64,000 nt of DNA from positions 140,071,036 to 140,135,035 of the forward strand of contig NC_085842.1 in NCBI RefSeq assembly GCF_035594765.1, given 5' to 3'. The position numbers and the translations under genes were made by a program. Positions 13,301 to 59,562 of the stretch are shown here, in pieces. This DNA is from Anolis carolinensis. Its lineage: Eukaryota. The notes beneath the pieces were generated by a model. It ran no database searches, was not told the DNA's origin, and worked only from the letters and a program-made list of their open reading frames with translations. Each line of letters opens with the position of its first letter. Within the stretch, counting starts at the first letter, position 1.

Positions 13301-14860
13301 TATATTTCAGATGAAGGAAATGGTAAAACCAGCTCTGGGTATTTCTTGCCTAAGAATATGCTATGAAATTTTTGGAGTTGCCATAAGTTGATAGGTGACT
13401 TGAAGGCACACCCACCCACACGCAAGCATGTGCACACACACAACTAGGCTGGAGAAGGAGGAGTTTATTTATGTATTATTTATTTATTTCCAACATTTAT
13501 ATCCCGCCCTTCTCACCCGAAGGGACTCAGGGCGGCGTACAAAATTGGCAACAATTCGATGCCTATACATAATTAAAACAGCAATATTTCCCTCAGTCCT
13601 TGTTTAGCCAGCCAATCTGCTTGGTAGGAAAGAGGATTAACTGTCTTGTTAAGATGATAATAAACCACATTTCCATACTGGCTACAAAGACTTTCCTTAA
13701 TTGCAGCAAGGATGGGACCTGCATAGAAACACAATAAATCAGTGTTGGCAGTTTGTACTTGCTTTGAAATAAGAGTGGGTTGCCAACCTGAAGCTGCTTT
13801 TGAATCTGATGGCTAGAGTGCACAGAAATCCTAATATGGGACTTTTGAAGTGATACTTAAATATGGGCTTCAGACTATTAGTTTTGGAGCATTAGCATCC
13901 TTGTTTTGACCTCTTCTAGTGTGAACATTTGTGGGATGCATTTGTGTATCAACAGCACCATAAAGGTTGGCACACAGGTGCTTCATATTTTGCTTCCAAG
14001 ACTGGTTTGTGAAAGAATAAGACTTCAGGGCACAAGTTTAATTGAAGGGTGATGATGGGATTGCAGACCAAGAGCAAAATGCAATAAATTGGTAACTGTC
14101 TCATGGGACTCTGTCTCCGACTAGTGGATAGGAAGAGACTGTGCCCCAGTTCCACATACTCAGAGTATAAAGAGAGACCAAGATCTCCCTATGGAAGGGT
14201 AGGTTAGTACTGAGCTGCTGGAAGACAACACAGTCTGAAATCCATATTCTGTATCTCCGATGCACATCTGCTGTCCTCAGGCATGACAGAAGAATCTGTC
14301 CCATTGCCTGAGACAAAATCAAGATTTACCTGCATGTTTCTGAACATGGAGTGGAGAAGGACACCATCTTTTCCTTCTCCCAAACAGCAAAAAGTCATGA
14401 AATGCCCCTAATTTGGGGATGGGGATACAGAGGAACAAGTACTGTGCAGAATAATCTTTAACTGTTCTTATCTTTTTATTTAGTAAGAAGGTTTTCCAGA
14501 ATTATGAAACCAGATTGTTATTTGCTTGTATAAAATCAAGTCAGAATGAAACATCCCTTCCTTTCAGAACTTTCCCGGCCTGTGCTCCAAGGAGATGATC
14601 TGGTCAGTTAGTGTTGTTCCGGGAATTATCATCAGCCGAAGTAGTTTCCTTAGAATATTGAGAATAATATGCATTCAAGTATATGTGTGTGTGTCCATGC
14701 ATATTATTTTGCTTTTTTGCTATTTATCTTTTGTGTTTATATCTTTGGAAAAATATTCCATTTTCATAAGTGTAAAAAAAGATTTGTTGTTTCGGGCTTG
14801 TCCCTGTTGTGAACCGCCCCGAGTCCCTTTGGGGAGATGGGGCGGGATATAAAAATAAAG

Positions 14861-14862
<2 letters not shown>

Positions 14863-14910
<48 letters not shown>
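14863..14910. repeat. (TTA)n microsatellite tail
   Basis: direct reading. Confidence 0.9.
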
Positions 14911-14911
<1 letters not shown>

Positions 14912-15307
14912 TCATTCAGTTATGATTTGGATTTGTTTGGTTTTTGTTTTTGTTGTTTTGTCTCTGCTTTCGGGGATTGCTGTCTGCTTGCCTCTTTTTT
15001 TGCTTTCCGAGATTGATGTCCACTGTGAAAGTTTAGGTTAGTTCATTTTGTGTGCTTTTTATTCCTGGTATGTTTCACTTCAGGAAGAGAGGGAGGGAGG
15101 GAGGCTAGAATTAGTACTGTACTGTACAGTATGAAGAAAATGTTGCTGTTTTGCCTTGCTGTTACACTGGCCAACACCTATTTTGGTGCCTCAAATGTAA
15201 TTCCTTGCCACAACTTTGTGCTTCAATCATGTTAAATTTGCCCTTTTTTGTTTACTGTTGCATGTGAGTGTGCATTTATACATTACTTGTTATTTAAAAA
15301 GTAAATT

Positions 15308-15656
15308 GGTGCCCCCGGTGGCACAGCGAGTTAAACCGCTGAGCTGCTGGACTTGCTGACCAAAAGGTCAGCGGTTCGAATTTGAGAAGCGGGGTGAACT
15401 CCAGCTGTTAGCCCGAGTTTTTGCCAACCTAGCAGTTCAAAAACATGCAAATGTGAGTAGATCAACAGATCAATAGGTACTGCTCCAGCAGGAAGATAAT
15501 GGCACTCCGTGCAGTCATGCTGGCCACATGACCTTGGAGGTGTCTACAGACAACACTGGCTCTTCAGCTTAGAAATTGGGATGACCACGACCCCCCCCCC
15601 CCCCCCGAGTCAGACACAACTAGACTTAATGTCAGGGGAAAACATTTTCTTACTTT
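15308..15656 (+). mobile_element. Sauria SINE, near full length
   Basis: tRNA-like head, body catgcaaatgtgagtagatc.., BovB-like tail gagtcagacacaactagacttaatgtcagggg. Confidence 0.9.
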
Positions 15657-15794
15657 AAAACACATAACAAAAAATGGAGGGGGTCTGGGGGCCAAAATTG
15701 ATGAATAGCATTTCAATGGGAAAATTCACTTTGAGATAAGAATGTTTTGACTTAAGAAAACAGAGAACAAATTAAATTCTTAAATCAAGGTATC

Positions 15795-16405
15795 ACTCTA
15801 CCCCTGACAGATGGTGATCCAGCCTTGATTTAAAAGCTTCCACCACACTCGGAGGTAGAAAGTTCCACTGCTGAACATTTCCTATAGTCAGGAAGTTCTT
15901 CCTAATGTTCAGAAGGAATCTCCTTTCCTGTATTTTGAACCCATTGCTCCAAGTCCTAGTTTCAAGGGCAGCAGAAAACAAGTCTGCTCCCTTTTCCTTA
16001 TGACATCCTTTCACATATTTATACATGACTATCATGTCTCCTCTCAGTCTTCTCTTCTGCAGGCTAAACATACCCAGCTGTTTAAAATGCTCCTCATAGG
16101 GCATGGTCTCCAGACCTTTGATCATTTTAGTCGCCCTCCTCTGGACACCTTCCAGCTTGTCAATATCCCTTTTAAATTGTGGTGCCCAGAATTGGACACA
16201 GTATTCCAGGTGAGGTCTAACCAAAGCTGAACAGAGAGGCACCATGACTTCCCTCGATGCTGCCAAAAATCCCATTGGCTTTTTTAGCTGCTGCATCACA
16301 CTGTTGGCTCAAGTTCAACTTGTTGTCCTCAAAGACTTCAAGATCTTTTTCTCATGGACTGTTGTAAAACCATTCTGTATCTTTGCATTTCGTTTTTTTC
16401 TGCCT
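15795..16405 (-). mobile_element. CR1 LINE ORF2 3' fragment
   Basis: [33 protein letters not shown]. Confidence 0.92.
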
Positions 16406-17597
16406 AAGGTATTTTTTTACATGAGGCACCCCCCCCCCCCCCCCCCATTTTTCCAGCTTTTAATTGTGGCAAGGATGGGGCCTGCCTTATACCATCACAC
16501 GGCGTGCAGCAGGCCCCGGCCACTTTCCTCCCAAAAGGCACTTTCTCCTCCAGTGAGGGGAGGAAAATGTAGTTCCTTCCTCCCCTTTTTGCTGTGTGAT
16601 GGCAGAAAGGGTGGCAGGGCAAGGTGCGTTGCTGCCCTTTCTGCCATCTGATGAGGGGAGGGAAAGGGTGCCAACACACCTTCTCTTACGCCCTCCATGT
16701 GATGAGTAAAGGAGGGGGTGTGTGCCATCTACACTGCCATATAAACCAGTTTATGAATGCAGATTAACTACATTGAGCTGGATTATATGGTAGAGATTTG
16801 CAGTATACAAGAAAAGGAGCAGGATAGGACCCTTGTTCCTTTTCTTTCATCCTGCAAATCTCTGTTTTGTCCACACAAAGATAAGTGCTGCGGGCCTAAA
16901 GAAAAAGGAGGAGGATCGAGATCCATGGGGATGGTTCCTCTTTCGCTTCTGTTTGCAAACCCAGTGCAGTTTTAGGGAGACGCCGTGTGGCAATGCACAG
17001 TACTGTAAAATGTAATTCATCCAGCCTAAATCTGGATTCAACCGAGTGAATAGCTCCCACATGATGAAATTGTAATTGAGACTGTAATGAGCACAGTAGT
17101 GCTTAAAGATTATTTTTTAATTTTTGTTGCTGCTGGTGGGAACCACACATGTTAAGGTTAAGATTTCAAACATACCTATCTAGAGTTAGTGTTTCAGCTG
17201 TATTCAGGAACATAGTATGAGTTCTCATTTAAGTCTAAATGAATTTTCTTGAGGTTTGTCATTCTGTCTTTAGGAAAATAGATTAAAAGAGGTGGTAAAT
17301 TATATCAGCTATGAAAATGAGCAACGCTTTCAATTTGCATGATCCAGGTTTCTTCTCCTCAAGGGGATTAATCAAAATAGCTCTGAGCATAGATGTGGAA
17401 CCATTCTCAGATATCTGTCTCCATGTCAGCTTCCCTGGAATTTATTATTTGTCTTGCAAACCCAGTCCAGTTTTAGGGAGACGCCATGTGGCAATGTACA
17501 GTAATGTAAGCTGTAATTCGTACTTGTTGTTGAAAGGATCAGAGATAGGGATATCCTATTCACTTCTTCACATTGTTTAAGAACATATCTGTTGAAT

Positions 17598-17838
17598 ATG
17601 TTGTCGAAGGCTTTCATGGCTGGAATCACAGGGTTGTTGTGTGTTTTCCAGGCTGTATGGCCATGTTCCAGAAGTATTCTCTCCTGACATTTTGCCCACA
17701 TCTATGGCAGGCATCCTCAGAGGTTGTGAGGTATATACCTCCCAACCTCTTAGGGTGCCTGCCATAGATGTGGGCAAAACGTAAGGAGAGAATACTTCTG
17801 GAACATGGCCATACAGCCCGGAAAACACACAACAACTG
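17598..17838. mobile_element. Penelope-like pLTR palindrome with degenerate hammerhead motifs
   Basis: ~100-bp inverted arms; same family at 30105-30285, 34865-35080, 49942-50138. Confidence 0.8.
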
Positions 17839-18159
17839 CAACATCTGTTGTATCAAGACAATAATCTGTCAGATCTATCTGCTTTCTATAAAATGCACCA
17901 AACATACATTACCCTTACTTTCCCTCCCACTATAAAGAGCTGTTCCTTGGTACAGAGAGAAGAAAACAAGCAAATATGTCCTGGGAATATTTTCCAGTGG
18001 CATCCAACATTAGCATCTGACAGTATGAAAGTGCAACCAAATTTGGCCCTAGTTATAAGTCAACTTTTCTTTTATTTGTTTGGACTTCTGTTCTTTTTAC
18101 CGTTACATTATATGAGTCTGTGTGTTCAAGCTTGTTAACTGATGACAGTACCATGACAT

Positions 18160-18375
18160 GAAGTATTGAATTCAAACTGCAAGAAGAACGATTCCACCTG
18201 AACATTAGGAAGACATTCCTGACTCTAAGAGTTGTACAACTCATTGCCTCAGAGTATGGTGGATTATCTGTTTCTGAATGGCCATGTGTCTGGAGTGCTT
18301 TGGTTGTGTTCCTGCATGGCAGAATGGGGCTGAATTGAATGGCCCTTGTGGTTTCTTCCAACTTTAGGATTCTAA
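18160..18375 (+). mobile_element. CR1 3' fragment
   Basis: ttccacctgaacattaggaaga..ttcctga...ttccaac..gattcta. Confidence 0.7.
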
Positions 18376-19452
18376 ATTTATAGGGTTTTCTTAGGCAGGG
18401 AATACTCAAAAGTGCTTTTGCCAGTTCCTTCCCCTGAAACATAGTCTACAGCACCTGTTATTCACTTTCATTTCTAAGATCAGACAGGAGCAGGTGCCTT
18501 TAGAAAATTTCCCTTAGAGTTGTGTTTGCACAGGAGGGAGTTTTCATCTGCTGGATTTTAGCTTGATGTGCAGTTAATGGCAAGCCATGCTCTTAGTGTT
18601 CTCAGCATCTTAATAATTTCACAGTATGTAGTCATATCATTAAATTAGAGCAACAATAACGGCTGACATCAGTTTTCAAAAATTATCCACCATTTATCAT
18701 TGTGATAAATGGATTATGTGTTACTGGGTATGTATTTTTAATGTATTGAGAAAAGACAATCTACATTGTTACAAGAATTATATGAAAGTCACAATAAAAA
18801 TGATATTGCAAAAAAAAATTATCCACCATTTATGGCAAAAAAACACCTCTGTTATTTGCAGGCTTCCTAGTCTACCCTGCCAGTTTAAAACCTCACGTAG
18901 CTGTCAGTATTGCCATGACACCACAATCCTTTTCGACAAGGAAGTGCAGGAAATTTAGCTCCTGTGGAATGCTTTATCGGAAGATAGAGTAGCCACAAGA
19001 ATCCTTTAAGACTGCCTATACTTAGACTTTTGGCATAAGTGCATAAGCTTCCTAAGAGAGGTGGCATCTAGACCCTGCCAAGTGCTTCAGTTTTCACTCT
19101 TCCCTTCAGCCACTTCTTTTTCTCTTTGGAGAAGTTTAACAGGAATGCTGTTTTCTTAGTTGGTCATACTGTAGCTATAACTTAAAAAGCCTCTAATAAA
19201 ATGACTTGCTGGAGACAGTGGAGGGACGGACAAATTTAGCAGGGATGGTATAGCAAACCGCTGACACCAATTATAACACACCGTGCCACACGCACAATAC
19301 GGAGGCACAGGAGGGATACGTGTTAGAGAGACGTGACCCTGCTGGTTTTTAACATTTTCTTTTAAAATTAAAGCTGCCACCAACCTAAGTTGTTTAGGAT
19401 TTTTGTTTTAAAATTATTTGCGGTAAACTTCTCCCACTTCTGCCAACACTGC

Positions 19453-20215
19453 TGTTACGCCTGGCTCCCAAACAACTGTTTATTGAGAGGCTTTTCTGTA
19501 ATACCAGGATGTTAAAAGGTTGGAACTATCACACAGGCTTGATGATGGAATGAGGCACTGTAGAGACATTTTGAAAGTTAAATAGAACAAGATTTATTTT
19601 CTTTAAAACAGACAACTAACTACTTCTGAGAGGTACAAAAAGCATGACTTGTTACAAAAGTTCTTTAGCTTGACTTGTTTGTTCAGTTCACTTCACTTAG
19701 TTACAGACACATTAACCAGACCAATCTAACTATTGGTTACCAAAACCCTCGCTCTATCTCTGAGAATAGTAATGAGTTTGACTAACCTAACTAGGTAGTC
19801 CCCTGGGTAATTGACTAACTCTATCCTAGAGTTCTTTCTGTTAACTAGCCCAGCCTAGAGAGCCAATCCCTTGTGCCCATTCCCACAAGGAATCAAACTG
19901 CTGCCTGACCTTTTCCCTGTCAGCTCACAGCAAGCAAGTCTCTAACCTACACTTCCAAACTCCCTCTCTCCCCCAACTCAGCTCAACTCGGACTCACTCA
20001 AACAATGATTGAAGCTCCCTTCCTTCTCTTCCCTCCTTTCTAAGACTTGGCTCCTCCCAACTTCCTCTGGCCAATCCTAGGAGTCTCCAAACTCCTCCCC
20101 TTTTCAACCAGCCTCACTTAAGATGGCTGCCTCCCTGGCATTCCCTCCCAAAATGGAGGCCTGCCCTACTTTTATCCAGGCTCCCTTTCCGGCCTAACAG
20201 GTAAGATTCACTACA
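19453..20215 (-). mobile_element. Probable solo LTR
   Basis: TG...CA-type ends, minus-strand AATAAA ~19594, C/T-skewed body; TSD not resolved. Confidence 0.45.
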
Positions 20216-20369
20216 GCTGGGTACCCAATTTTAGCTCACACCACCTTCACTAGGCTATGCCCACAAAATAAAACAGGACAGGGGAGGAGAAAAGACTCTT
20301 AAAATTAAAAAGATCGAACTTGGAAGTTGCTGAATGCCCAATTTCAGAAATGTTTGAGCGGATTCAAGC

Positions 20370-21145
20370 TTGGGCCTGTGTGGTGTAGTAGTTGGACTAT
20401 GGCTCTTAAGAGCAGGATTTGAATTTGCTCTTGGCCATGGAAACTCACTTGATGACTTTGAGCAAGTGACATTCTCTCAGCCTCAGGAGAAAGAAAAGTC
20501 AATAAGGCATACCTTCTCTGAAAAAATCTTGCCAAGAAAATCCTGTGATAGCTTAGCCTTCGTTTGACTATCTATATATATAAAAGAGTGATGGCATCAG
20601 GGAAGCGGACTAAACAACAAAACTACAGGCCCCCGAACCTCGAAATTTGACAACACAACCCATCATTCACGGCTCTAGGTTGATACAACAAAAAGAAAAG
20701 AAAAAATAAAGTCCTAATTACAGGGAGAGGAATAATAGTTTTTATCCAATTGCTGCCAGTTTGAAGGCTAAGCTCCGCCCACTTGGTCTCCTAGCAACCT
20801 ACTCAGCCCAGGGGACAGGCACAGTTAGGCCTCACTTAGGCCTTTTTCACAGATTATCAGATTTGAACTGGATTATATGGCAGTGTAGACTCAAGGCCCT
20901 TCCACACAGCTATATAACCCATTTAGAATCTTATATTATCTGCTTTGAACTGGATTATCTTGACTCCACACTGCCAGATAATCCACTTCAGTGTGCATAC
21001 TAAACATAAAGACTACCATACAACAGACATTCAATACCACCACTAACTCAACAATTTCTCACTAACACCACCAGAAAATGCCACAGCAACGCGTGGCTGG
21101 GCACAGCTAGTATCTTAGAAAGGTCTTGAAAGCACACAACACCTA
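20370..21145 (+). mobile_element. MIR-like/Squam-type tRNA SINE split by a Helitron; related copies at ~255-380, 1975-2165, 12780-12956, 27385-27550, 61925-62140
   Basis: gtggtgtagtagttggactat...ctcagcctcag..cttgccaagaaaa..cttgaaagcacacaac. Confidence 0.65.
20571..21110 (+). mobile_element. Non-autonomous Helitron
   Basis: A|TC start, GCCAC..GTGGC hairpin 21080-21097, CTAG|T end, no TSD. Confidence 0.88.
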
Positions 21146-21731
21146 AGTTTTGGATGTTTTCTCCCCATTGTACATTGCCTTTGGGGATACTGTTGGATTT
21201 AAAGCCAATCAATAACTAAAAATGATCTTTAAAACATTGAAGGAGAGAATTTGGGCCTTTTCTAATGGCTTTTCTTACAAAAGAAAATAACACTTTAGTA
21301 ATACATTAGACAAACTGAATAGCACTTTTTAAAAAAGGAAACTTTAAACGTTAGGATTTTTAAAAAACAAAATAACATCTCAAAGTCTCCTGCAAAAGAT
21401 AATTTTAGCACCATAGATTTTTGTTGGTGTGGAAATGACATACCCAGAATCTCTTTATGATGAGGAGGCTTTTCCATGTCTTGAGTACTGCACAGCCATA
21501 AGGAAATTTGATGTCTGAAGCTGAAAAATTAGTGTAATTTTTGACAGGCGTTTGCCACAAAACAGTAAAAATCTGGCACTCTAAGTGGAGGCAGGAAAAA
21601 CTCTTGAATTTATTCTGAGACTAGCTGAACCATATCCAAACTTTTAAAATGTAACATGTTGTTGCTGTTATATTTATTTCTCCCACTTTTTTCAGTTTTA
21701 GTGGCTTGCAAGTTTTAAAAAAATGTTTATA

Positions 21732-21734
<3 letters not shown>

Positions 21735-21775
<41 letters not shown>
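21735..21775. repeat. (AT)n microsatellite
   Basis: direct reading. Confidence 0.95.
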
Positions 21776-21776
<1 letters not shown>

Positions 21777-22276
21777 TAAAGTAGTTGCTAGTAGTTTTCA
21801 ACTTCCTGTTGCTTTTTCTGTTTTTTTTTGTTTTTAGTTTTATTTGCTTATCCTTTTTAATAACTGAAAATTCTATTATGAAACAAATATACAAAAATTG
21901 ACATTTGGTTATTTACTTCTGCAGCCACCAGAGAAAACTATTCATAGAATTATTATGTTGTGCAAGAACTAGCATATAAGACATTGGATTAAAGTTGACA
22001 GTGAGGCAGATTTGAAAGAACTTATCACACCTTTCATTCCCCCCTTACACCCCCACTGCATTCAAAGACCTTTGCAATTCAAGTGGCAAATAAGCAAAAA
22101 ATAAGATCCAATTTGCTTACAGTAAGAAAAATCATATAATAGATAACCTTTTAATTTTATTTTCTGAGAGTTAACATTCTTAATAACTCTTTCATAAAGA
22201 TTCACATTTCCTTGTTTGTTTATGTAGCCTCATACTGGTATCAGATAAACTGCATTTTTAGCTCTGGGCAAAATAC

Positions 22277-23055
22277 TGTTGTAGTCTGGCAAACATCAGA
22301 GGATTTTTCTGAATGTTCAGAAGGTGAGGGAGATGATAAGCTTCCAAGTGAGGAGTCTGTGAGTGTTCGGGGGAAATTGCAGGCAGACGAGGCTGATGTT
22401 TTGAATTCCTCAGCTTGTTCTCAGGCAACGGGGAAATGAAAGTGCCAGTTCCCTTGAGAAAAGGCCTTGGGAAGAAGGGGGTTTCAAGGGAGTGTAGATT
22501 AGACCTGAGAAGGCAGTACGCAAAAATCAGGAAAACTAGATAATCCCAGAGGATTTGAGATAAGACCTTGAAATCCATGATGTCATGGGAAGCATGATGT
22601 CCTGGGCATGATGTTAGGCATGATGTGATGGGTGCCTTAGCAGGTTTATATTAAGTTTGGCTTCAGGCTTTCAGAGAAGACAATGTTGCTAATGGAAATC
22701 GGTCTCCTGATCATGCTTCCAAGTTCATGGTTCTTATATTGTCAAGATTCCTGTTTCATGTTCCTGTTTATGCCTATGTACCTTTGGAAGATTTACCTTG
22801 GAGAGGTTCCTGTTTTCATATTTCTGGATATACATGTGGATTAATTCTATGTTCCTAGATTCCTTGGTTTTGGTGTTCAACCTGGCATTTTTGGATTACT
22901 ACTATTGAACTCTGGCTTCTTTTGTGTATTGCATTATATATCCTGACTGTCTCTTTTGGATTTGTCCTTTTTACCTTTATATAAACTTTCTTCGATAAAC
23001 ATTTTATTATTGGATCACTGGACTCTGGTATGGTGCTGGGTGCTAGGGTGTAACA
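22277..23055 (+). mobile_element. Solo LTR (Gypsy-like) with 5-bp TSD
   Basis: TGTT...AACA ends flanked by AATAC (22272-22276, 23056-23060). Confidence 0.8.
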
Positions 23056-23706
23056 AATACCTTCATCTATTCCAATATTTGACAGGAAAGGGTCTGATAG
23101 AACATGAATTCATAGGAAGATTTTTCACTTCCATCTTTGTTGCTTATGATTTTCAATACGATGGAAATGAGAAAAAAGAGGAAAGAGGAAAAGATTCTCT
23201 CTGTTGCTCTTTATTACTTATTTCCCCAGATCCCTCTTTCTCTTTCTCATTTCACTAAGTCCAGGATGGCCAAGAGACTGTTTGGAGGGACGGAGGGCCA
23301 GGACTAGAAAATGAAAATAGAAAAGAAATTTACTCTTCTCTCCAGCATATTCTCCCTCTCTGCCAAATAACTTGTTCATTTAATAATGTTTAATGATTTA
23401 AAGTCCTTATTCTTATGTTGATTGGATGAAGGATTGTGCCCCAATGCTACTGGTATACAGGGTATTGCACAAGGAGATAGGGGATGCATCTGTTCACAAT
23501 ATCAATTGAAGTACATGCATCAACACAACCATATATCAGCATATGTCACCAATCAAATTTCATCTGATAACGTGAAATCAAAAATGAGTTTGTGAATGTT
23601 TGCTAACACCATACATGTTTGTTTCTTTAATAAAGAGGAAATATAGTGGGGAGCATCAACAGAACAAATAATTGTTTTAACAGGTCACTGTTATGCTTCC
23701 TTGATC

Positions 23707-23777
23707 TTTATTGATGCTAGACTGTTAACATAGGGGGAAAAAACTCACCAAACATTTAGGCAAAAGCATAGTTTATT
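23707..23777 (-). terminator. Two poly(A) signals AATAAA (23772-23777, 23707-23712) ending the MYH3 3' UTR
   Basis: First hexamer ~115 nt after the stop, followed by a GT/T-rich downstream element. Confidence 0.8.
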
Positions 23778-23891
23778 GTCTATTTGGGTGACTGAGGAAA
23801 GATTACAGGATTTCTACAGTTTTCAAACAACATCAGGGCTCAAAGAATATATGCATTTGCATACATTCCTGGCTTCAGATTTGCACTGAAA

Positions 23892-57724
<33,833 letters not shown>

Positions 57725-59095
57725 GGCTGCAGCTAAAAATGGAGAAGAATGCTTGGTTTGGTCTTGAAGGCTGAGACTTGAAACAGAGACATGATATTCA
57801 GTTACCAGTGGGCATTAAAAAGCCTTTATCCACAAACCTAGACCATGGCATATCACAGCTGTGTGTTTGTCGCACAAATACAAAATATAAATTCTTCAAA
57901 TACAGCATTTGCCTTCAGTGCTTTTTGTTGTTGTTACAAGTCAGGTTGTGAGACCTTAAGCCTTGGAAGGGAAAAGTGTGTGTGTGTGTGTATAGTCTCC
58001 TAGTTGAGAGCCAGTGTAGCACAATGGTTTGCATATTTGACTCCTAGAGATCAGGATTTGTGCCCAGCTGTGACTAATCACATTACCTCAGCTTCCAAAG
58101 AAAGCAACAGAAAACTTTCTCTCAATGAGTCTTGTGGAGATAATATAATTCTAATAACAATATACATTGTACAGAAAATATAATTGCCAATATTGTCTTT
58201 GGCAAGATCACTTTTCCTTGTGATGCTAACTAAACCAAATGTGTCAGTGAAGTTAGCTCTGTCCACTATCCTGTTGTTTGTATAGGGAAACTGGAAGTGG
58301 ACAACTGGTTTTCTCTCATTCCACACATGCCTTAGGCACAGTTCTCTGCTGAAAAGTTACCTCTTTGCAGCATGCATTCTGCTCCTCAATAACACAGAAG
58401 ATGTGAAGAACTTATAAATCATACAGGAGCAAGAAATCCTGAACAGGATTGGCTTACTCCTTCTTGCAATTTCTTTCTCTCTCAACATAAATTAAACCTC
58501 CCATTATTCCACACAAAAAATGGTCAAAGCCTTATGAATGTTTCTAGGTGCAGGGTTGGAGCAGGATGGCCAATGTGTAAAAATATGGTCAGTTTGGTCA
58601 TGAATTCCTACATGTGCATGCCAGAATATTGTCTGAATAGAAAAGTCTTTCTGTAGAGAAGGTATGCAAGTATTGAATATCTATACTTGTTATGCATGAG
58701 AAATAGAGAGTCCTCAAGTATCAGCTGAAAGCAGCTTGAATCAAATGATTAACACCTTCTGTTAGGAGATTAGGGATCTCATTTGGGAAAGGGAACTACA
58801 GTATATTAAGTGAAGATAACAGGGACTAGAGCTTTCAGTAGATGGTCAATTTATTTCTTGCAGTTCTGTCATTTCACACAAAATGTGCAGATATAACACC
58901 CTCTCTCTCCTCCCCTCTCTCTCACCCAGCACATAATTTATAGCAAATTATATCTGAAAGATTGAAGAAATTACATCACACAGAGAGGAGTTTATGGAGC
59001 AGGAGGAGGATGACTCAATTTTCACACCTGACTTCTCACCTTCTTATAAAATGCTCCCAACAGAAGGCAGAAAGGAACTGGATGAAATGTTTAAC

Positions 59096-59155
59096 CTGCA
59101 AAGGAAGAGACGGTGTAAATGCTGATAAGTCCAGGATTCCCAAGCAGTCCAACAG
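59096..59155 (-). other. MYH3: Probable MYH3 non-coding exon 2 (60 nt)
   Basis: ctcag|CTG...TTTGCAG|gttaaa; MYH genes have two 5' UTR exons; resembles recalled human MYH3 5' UTR. Confidence 0.55.
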
Positions 59156-59397
59156 CTGAGAATTTTTCACAATCTTCCCATAGACAAAAGCTTAGAATAG
59201 ACTACAAAGATAACCATCTTCCCACACCCCCTTCCTAATACACACACATCAAATGGCAGTTTCTTAAACTCACCCATTCTACTGAACCGCCCTTATTTTC
59301 TATTTTAATAACTGCAAAATCCCCCAAACTTGGAAGTTCTGCAAACAGAAGGGAAAGCATTTAGGAAAACAGATGAGAAGCAGAGCATTAAACCTAC

Positions 59398-59420
59398 CTC
59401 AGGCAGTTCGTAGCCACCAA
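59398..59420 (-). other. MYH3: Probable MYH3 exon 1/TSS
   Basis: Starts ~25-30 nt downstream of the TATA box, GTGGCT...GAG|gtaggt donor. Confidence 0.6.
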
Positions 59421-59442
59421 GAAACCTTTAGTCTCTGTCAGC

Positions 59443-59562
59443 TTATATAGGCTCTGATTCTTCTCGTAGCTCAACCCTTCTCTATATTTGGAAATCAGAG
59501 GCCAGCCCTATAGTATGCTTGCCACTTATACACTTATTCTGCCTCTTTACGTGTATTTATAG
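59443..59562 (-). promoter_or_regulatory. MYH3 proximal promoter: TATA box, CArG-like and MEF2-like sites
   Basis: TATATAA 59443-59449; CCAAATATAG 59482-59491; CTATAAATAC 59553-59562. Confidence 0.7.

Noticed and set aside
15793-16299. 168-aa ORF as a host gene
   Set aside because: CR1 ORF2 C-terminal fragment (also 60623-60865)
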